Shown here: positions 58,483 to 64,000 of the stretch, piece by piece
Layout: each line of letters starts with the position of its first letter
Numbering within the stretch: the stretch's first letter is position 1
The notes under the pieces: model-generated
Databases searched by the model: none
Seen by the model: the letters and a program-made list of their open reading frames with translations, nothing else
Told to the model about the DNA's origin: nothing
Source of the DNA: Trichechus inunguis
Taxonomy: Eukaryota
Assembly: GCA_046562895.1 (NCBI GenBank)
Contig: CM102171.1
Location: 24,343,509 to 24,407,508 of the forward strand
Reading direction: 5' to 3'
DNA length: 64,000 nucleotides
Made by a program: the position numbers and the translations under genes

Positions 58483-58832
58483 CTGGAGAAGAGGGAAAAG
58501 ATGTGAGTCAGTGTGTAAAGACAGGTGTGTGAGACAAACCAGATGGGCAGGTGTGATGGCTGTCAAGGTGTGTTCATGTGTCTATCAGCCTGGGAGCATG
58601 TATGCAAGAAAATGAGTTGGCATGTGTGTGTGTCTGTCTGGGTCCCTGGCTCGGCCACAACTAGGGCTGTGTGGGTGGTTGAGTGTCTCAGCAAAAATTT
58701 TTAATATTGAGCCTTGCTGAGACATTCATCTCCACACTGACTGCCGCTTTGGAAGCAGTGCCTCTGCCTTCCACCCGCACATGCACCCCACAGGGCCCAG
58801 TCCTCTCCCCACAAGCCTGGAGGCCCCCACTA

Positions 58833-59174
<342 letters not shown>

Positions 59175-59739
59175 CTAATTCCTCACACCTGCCCTCTGCT
59201 GCTGAGGGGCCCTGCAGCAGCCCTGTCCACCTAGAGGGCCCTCACTGGCCTCCCTTACTGGGTGTCCAGGGAGAGGGTGGCCTGTGCCAGCTGGTGGGCA
59301 GACAAGAGGCCTGGGCCCTCCAGATCCCAAGCCTTGCCCCACAGGAGCTGGGCTGCCAGCCCACTCCCCCAGGATAGGCTCTGGCTCCACCTCAGTCTTG
59401 CCCACTTACTTCTAAATTGTCCCTTTGTCCATCTTCCCAGCTCCTGCCCCTCATTCTGGGCTTCTGTCTGGCCCTGGGCCCAGCCCTCCCAATAAGCGGC
59501 CCCATAGGCCCCCTCATCTGTCCTTGGAGGCTCCGTCCAGCCCTCTGCACCAGGCCCACCCCTCTAGACCTCTAGACTTTAACGGCTCATTGTCCCTCCA
59601 TTCAACCCCAGGATCTGCCTCCTTGCCTGATCGCTCCCTTCAGCCAAGGTGGGGACCCCTGCCTCAGATGCCTCCCCCTGAGCTTGCCTCCCCAGGAAGC
59701 CAGAAATCGCAGCCGATGGAGAGCGGAACACCCCCGCAG

Positions 59740-60330
59740 GCACACACAGGCTAACACACACACTCACCCTCACCCTCAAGCCCCCGCCGGCCCAGCCCCC
59801 TGCACCTGTCTCTGTGCGTCCAACAGGTGCCCGAGCACTGGGGGACGGCGGGTGCAGGCTGGGCGGTGGCGGCCGGCGCTTCCCAGGGCGGCCAGCGAGA
59901 AGAGCGCGGAGTCCGGCTGTGTGAGCCGAGAGGAAGGGAGAACAGAAGAAAGTGCGAGGAGGAGGGGGTGAGCGAGGTGGAGGGAGGCTGCAGCCGGCGC
60001 AGGCGGCGGGGGGCGGGGAGGGGCGGCCAACGGCTGGGGAGGGGGTGGGCCTCTCCGCTCCGTCTGGGCAGCCCGCCTGGGCACACTGAGAAGCGCACAC
60101 GAGTGCACACACACTTACAGGCACGCAGGCTGGCACACGTGCACATGGGCCAGCACACACATCTTGCATGGACACTCCCGCGCGCGCACGCCTGTGCCCA
60201 CGTGCGCACGCTCACACACATGCACATACCCAGACACGCACTGGCACACTCACCCGGAGAACTTCCCAGACACACACTCGCAAACACACGGGCTCCCTGT
60301 GCCACCAGGAACCAACAGTGAGAATTGCCT
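59740..60330. repeat. Imperfect alternating purine/pyrimidine (CA/CG/TG-rich) low-complexity tract in the DOC2A 5' region
   Basis: 'ggctaacacacacactcaccctcaccctcaagcc' ... 'gcgcacacgagtgcacacacacttacaggcacgcaggctggcacacgtgcacatgggccagcacacacatcttgcatggacactcccgcgcgcgcacgcctgtgcccacgtgcgcacgctcacacacatgcacatacccagacacgcactggcacactcacccggag...cacacactcgcaaacacacgg'. Confidence 0.8.
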
Positions 60331-62529
60331 GGTATTTCCCAACTCCACCCGGGAGACCCGGACCCGCGCGCGAAGCCCATCGTACCTTCCTCCCGCACTT
60401 CTTCCTTCTCTCCGGGGTCTCCAGGGCCAGACCACCAGCCTAGTTGCCTTGGCGACGCCGGCTCCTCCCCCCCAACCCTGGGCATCCTCACGCCCCTCCC
60501 CCGCAGAGAGCGCGAGGAGGAGGGAAGAGGGCGTCTGGCCCTCCCCCTCCCTATCCGTAGAGGCGGGGCTGTGGGCGGGGCTTGAAGATCCGCAGTGACT
60601 TGGGGTGGGTGGAGGAAGGGGTTCCAATCCACCTGTGGTTGCTGGCCTAGAACCTTTGCTCACACAGGCTTCTCTCCCCGGGAATACCGTTCCTTCTTTC
60701 GGGGGTCACTCCGGGTCACCTCTTCCGAGGAGCCTTGCCGGCGTATCTGTCCGCTGCTCCTCAGCTTCCAGTGCTATCTCAGACTCTGCTGACACTGTTT
60801 TGTCGATCCTGTTTACATCTCTGCCTCCCCCACCAGCCAGAGAGCTCCACAGCGGGCAGAGGCTGATTCATCTGAGTCCCCAGTGCCCCAAACGGCCAGG
60901 CACAGTCAGTATCACTAACTCTTTGTGATTTAAAAGTTAGAGAAAAATCAAACTACACTGAGATACCACTTGGCGTCTATCAAATGGGCAAAAATTAATG
61001 TGTCAGTTAACACACGGTGTTGGCAAGGCTGAGGGTAAATGGGCATTCTGGTCCACTGCCACTGTAAAAGTCATAGGCACCCTCTGAGGAGGTCTAGCTG
61101 GCAGTGGATACCAAGATGACAAATATACATACTCTTTGACCCAAAAATTCCATTTCTAGGATTTTATCCTAGCTATGTTAGTCCATGAGCAAAATAATAG
61201 AAGTTCAAGGTTATTAGCTGTAGCATGCTTGCAATGGCAGCAGTTTGGAAACAACCTAAATGCCCATTGGTAGGGGACTGTTATATCATTATGATACATT
61301 CATATCATGGAATAGTATGCAGCCATGTAAAAGCAGGAGGCTGTTAATATACTTGTATCATCTTCATGATCTCATGTTAAATTAAAAAAAGCAAGGTGCA
61401 GCACAGCATACATAGAAGGCTGCCATTTGGTGGAAAAAGACTTAGATATGTTTATTTGTGCATATATTATTTCTGGAAGACTGCACAAAAAGTGGTAACT
61501 CTGGTGGCCTCTGATGAGGATGCTGTGGGGCACGGTGGAGCAGGAATAGGAAGGAGACTTATCTTTCAATGTATATCCTTTTGTACTTTTTAATTTTGTA
61601 CCATGTACATATATTACCTATTCAAAAGAATCTATTAAAATAATATATTTTTTAAGTAAAGGCAATCATTAGGTTCCCTTCGGAGCACTCCAGGGTAAGC
61701 AAGGAGGCAAGATGAAGAAAGGCTCTGTCCAGTACTACAGCTGGTGGGTTTGGCAGGAGGGAACCCTTTACTCAGATGCCACAGGTAAGGGGAGGAGGGC
61801 AATCTGGTCAACGCACGCTGTTTTCTCGCAGTGTTCAGCTCTGGGCCCAGGCCAGCAGCCTCGTTGAAGGATGGTGAGGATGAGACTGGAGATCAAACCT
61901 GTTGCAGAGGAAAATGGCAGACCATGCTGAGTCCTGGCTTGTCCAGAGGTAGGAAGGCTTTTCATTCATTCAGCCAGTCGTCCACCCATACATTCAGTAA
62001 ATATTTATTGAATACCTACTGTATATGTGATGAGACAACTATGAGCAAGATCCCTGCTTCAGTAGCCTCATGGGGGAGATAGACAAAAATTCCAATTCAG
62101 TGTGATGGATACTGTGACGGGTTGGTCAGAAGGCTGTGAGAGCTCAGGGGGTACTTTCCAGAGAAGATGTTGTCTCAGCTGAGGCCTGAAAGAGGAGGAG
62201 AAGGTAACCAAGTCAAGTGTGGGAGCAAGAGTATCCTAGGCAGTGGGGATTGTACATATGAGCAAAGGCTGGAAGGCTGGCAAGAACTTAGCATATTCAA
62301 AGAATGGGCAAAAGGTCAGCGTTGATGGAGTGTGCTAAGTCAGGGAACGCATAGGAGAGCTGAGGTGAGTGGGTGGATAGGCAATGGTCATCAAGGGTCC
62401 TACAGACCAGGGTAAGAAGTTCAGAATTCATACTATGAGTGGGAAGCCATTGTAGGAGTTTAGGAAGTGGATCTACATGTTCTGATCTGTTCTGGCTGGT
62501 GGCTGGAGAATGGAGGGATCTTAAAGGGT

Positions 62530-62900
62530 GTCTTAGTTATCTAGTGCTGCTATAACAGAAATACCATAAGTGGATGGTTTTAACAAACAGAAACTTATTT
62601 TCTCATGATTTAGGAGGCTAGAAGTCTGCATTCAGAGCACTAGCACTAGGGGAAGGCTTTCTGTCTCTGTTGGCTCTAGAGGAAGGTCTTTGTCTCTTCA
62701 GCTTTTGTTTCCTGGTTCCTTGGAGATCTCCATGTGTCTTGGCATCTATGTTGTTACCCCATCTCACCTCTGCTCACTTAATCTCTTTTATATCTCAAAA
62801 GAGATTTACTCAAGATACACCCAACACTAATCCTGCCTCATTAGCATAACAAAGACAACCCATTCCCAGGCATAGAGGTTAGGATTTACAATACATATTT
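62530..62900. repeat. Ancient interspersed repeat (family not assigned; '...tgtcttagttatctagtgctgctataacag...' type consensus)
   Basis: Contains 'gtcttagttatctagtgctgctataacagaaataccataagtggatggttttaacaaacagaaacttattttctcatgatttaggaggctagaagtc' and 'atatttttgggggacataattcaatccatgacag', which I recognise as a common mammalian repeat consensus. Confidence 0.45.
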
Positions 62901-63120
62901 TTGGGGGACATAATTCAATCCATGACAGAAGGTAAGAGTGAGCACAGAAAGATCAACCAGGTGAGACATGGAGTCGGTTTAAATGAGGGGGGCGGCGGTG
63001 GTGCGGGAGTAGGAAGGAGTGGAGGGAGTCAAGATTTATGTTGGGAATTGAGCCACAAAGTCTTGATTATGGGTGTGTCCGGTGAGAGAGAGAGAGAGAT
63101 CTGGGATGATTCCTAGTAGT

Positions 63121-63660
63121 GGGATAATTCTGTAGCAGTGGTGAGACCATTTGCTGAAATGAAAAGACTAGAGAAGTAGCAGGTTTAGGGTAGGTGAATC
63201 AAGAGCTCCATTTGGGATATATTGGGCTTGAGATGTTTTTGGAAATACAAATAGATATCAAGCAGGAAGTTGGATACAGGACTCTGGAGCTCAGGGGAGA
63301 GGTCTGGGCTGGAAATACACATTTGTGAGTCACCAGCATATAGATGGTATTTAAAGCCATGAGACTGGATGAGATCACCTAGGGAGAGAGATTATAGATA
63401 GAAAGAGAAGGTCCAAGGCTGAGCTGGGGAGAGTAGGAGGAGCTCTGAAGACTGGTGAGTGTGGCCCCCGCGCTTGGAGTCAGGGACGGTGCACTCTGCT
63501 GAGACATGGAAGGAAAAGAGTTGACAAGTTAAGAGGTCATTGGTGGACTTGACAAAGGTGGATTCTGGTAGATCAGGAGGGGCTGAAGACTAAATTAAAG
63601 GTGAGGGAGTGAAGACTGTTAAGTATAGACAACTCCTTAGGAGTTGTCCTAGACTGTCAA
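63121..63660. repeat. Ancient LINE-like interspersed repeat copy (same family as 50690-51720)
   Basis: '...caccagcatatagatggtatttaaagccatgagactggatgagatcacctagggagagag...ggtccaaggctgagctgggg...gagttgacaagttaagaggtcattggtggacttgacaaagg'. Confidence 0.5.
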
Positions 63661-63880
63661 AATGTGCATCCTTGTGTGGTCCCCCCCTGTAGTCCCCCGA
63701 CAGCAGAGACCATGCCCTGATGATTTCTACCTAAGCCATAAATGGAGCTCAGCCCAACACTTAGCAGGAGCTCCTACAGTTATCTAATGGTTGGATGAAT
63801 GAATGATTGGATAATTCACTGCTTGAGTCTAAAGGGCCTTTTGTGGTAGAGAGAGCAGCTGGATTCTTTTGAGGCAACTG

Positions 63881-64000
63881 AAGAAACTAAAAAATCCACC
63901 CCAAAGGCTGAAATGATCCATTTGCTGAGATAAAAAGATTAGGGAAGCAGCAGGTTTGGGGTAGGTGAATCAAGAGCTCCATTTGGGATATATTGCATTT
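63881..64000. repeat. Second copy of the same repeat start, about 90 percent identical to 63140-63235 over about 90 bp; runs off the window edge
   Basis: 'ccatttgctgagataaaaagattagggaagcagcaggtttggggtaggtgaatcaagagctccatttgggatatattg' versus 'ccatttgctgaaatgaaaagactagagaagtagcaggtttagggtaggtgaatcaagagctccatttgggatatattg'. Confidence 0.6.

Noticed and set aside
59751-60632. 293-aa minus-strand ORF and several 90-160 aa ORFs across 59700-60700
   Set aside because: They lie in the alternating CA/CG low-complexity tract and CpG island upstream of DOC2A. Such sequence lacks stop codons by composition. No recognisable protein.
60605-60928. 107-aa plus-strand ORF downstream of the DOC2A 5' region. 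In human the neighbouring gene on this side would be the small C16orf92.
   Set aside because: The translation does not match anything I recognise, and there is no clean exon structure. I cannot support a gene call here from sequence alone.

Overview
This is mammalian nuclear DNA, not a prokaryotic locus. The repeat content points to an Afrotherian host (elephant, manatee or hyrax-like): there are about 14 tRNA-derived AfroSINE copies, RTE/BovB-type LINE fragments, and L1 and MIR relics. The window is a gene-dense block orthologous to the human 16p11.2 core interval. Five protein-coding genes could be reconstructed by hand, exon by exon, and every summed CDS length is a multiple of 3. TMEM219 (+, 4 coding exons, 240 aa) lies at 10.5-21.2 kb. 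TAOK2 (+, 27.4-42.3 kb) is present in both 3' forms: a long read-through terminal exon giving a 1236-aa protein with a hydrophobic tail, and an internal donor plus three downstream exons giving 1049 aa. HIRIP3 (-, 7 coding exons, 611 aa) lies at 43.5-46.0 kb. INO80E (+, 7 coding exons, 250 aa) lies at 46.7-54.4 kb. DOC2A (-, 10 coding exons, 402 aa) lies at 55.1-59.1 kb. Regulatory architecture includes three CpG-island promoters. The HIRIP3/INO80E pair shares a head-to-head bidirectional promoter about 0.7 kb wide. INO80E and DOC2A are tail-to-tail with interleaved poly(A) signals. The first 9 kb and the TMEM219 intron 2 are filled with nested retroelements. No CRISPR array, operon or prokaryotic defence system is present. 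The noteworthy items are structural: a probable twin-primed (5'-inverted) RTE insertion, a GC-rich ETS-core minisatellite inside the TAOK2 promoter island, and a long alternating purine/pyrimidine tract upstream of DOC2A. Gene identities rest on my recognition of the protein sequences, not on any database search. Splice sites were placed manually by GT/AG and reading-frame continuity.
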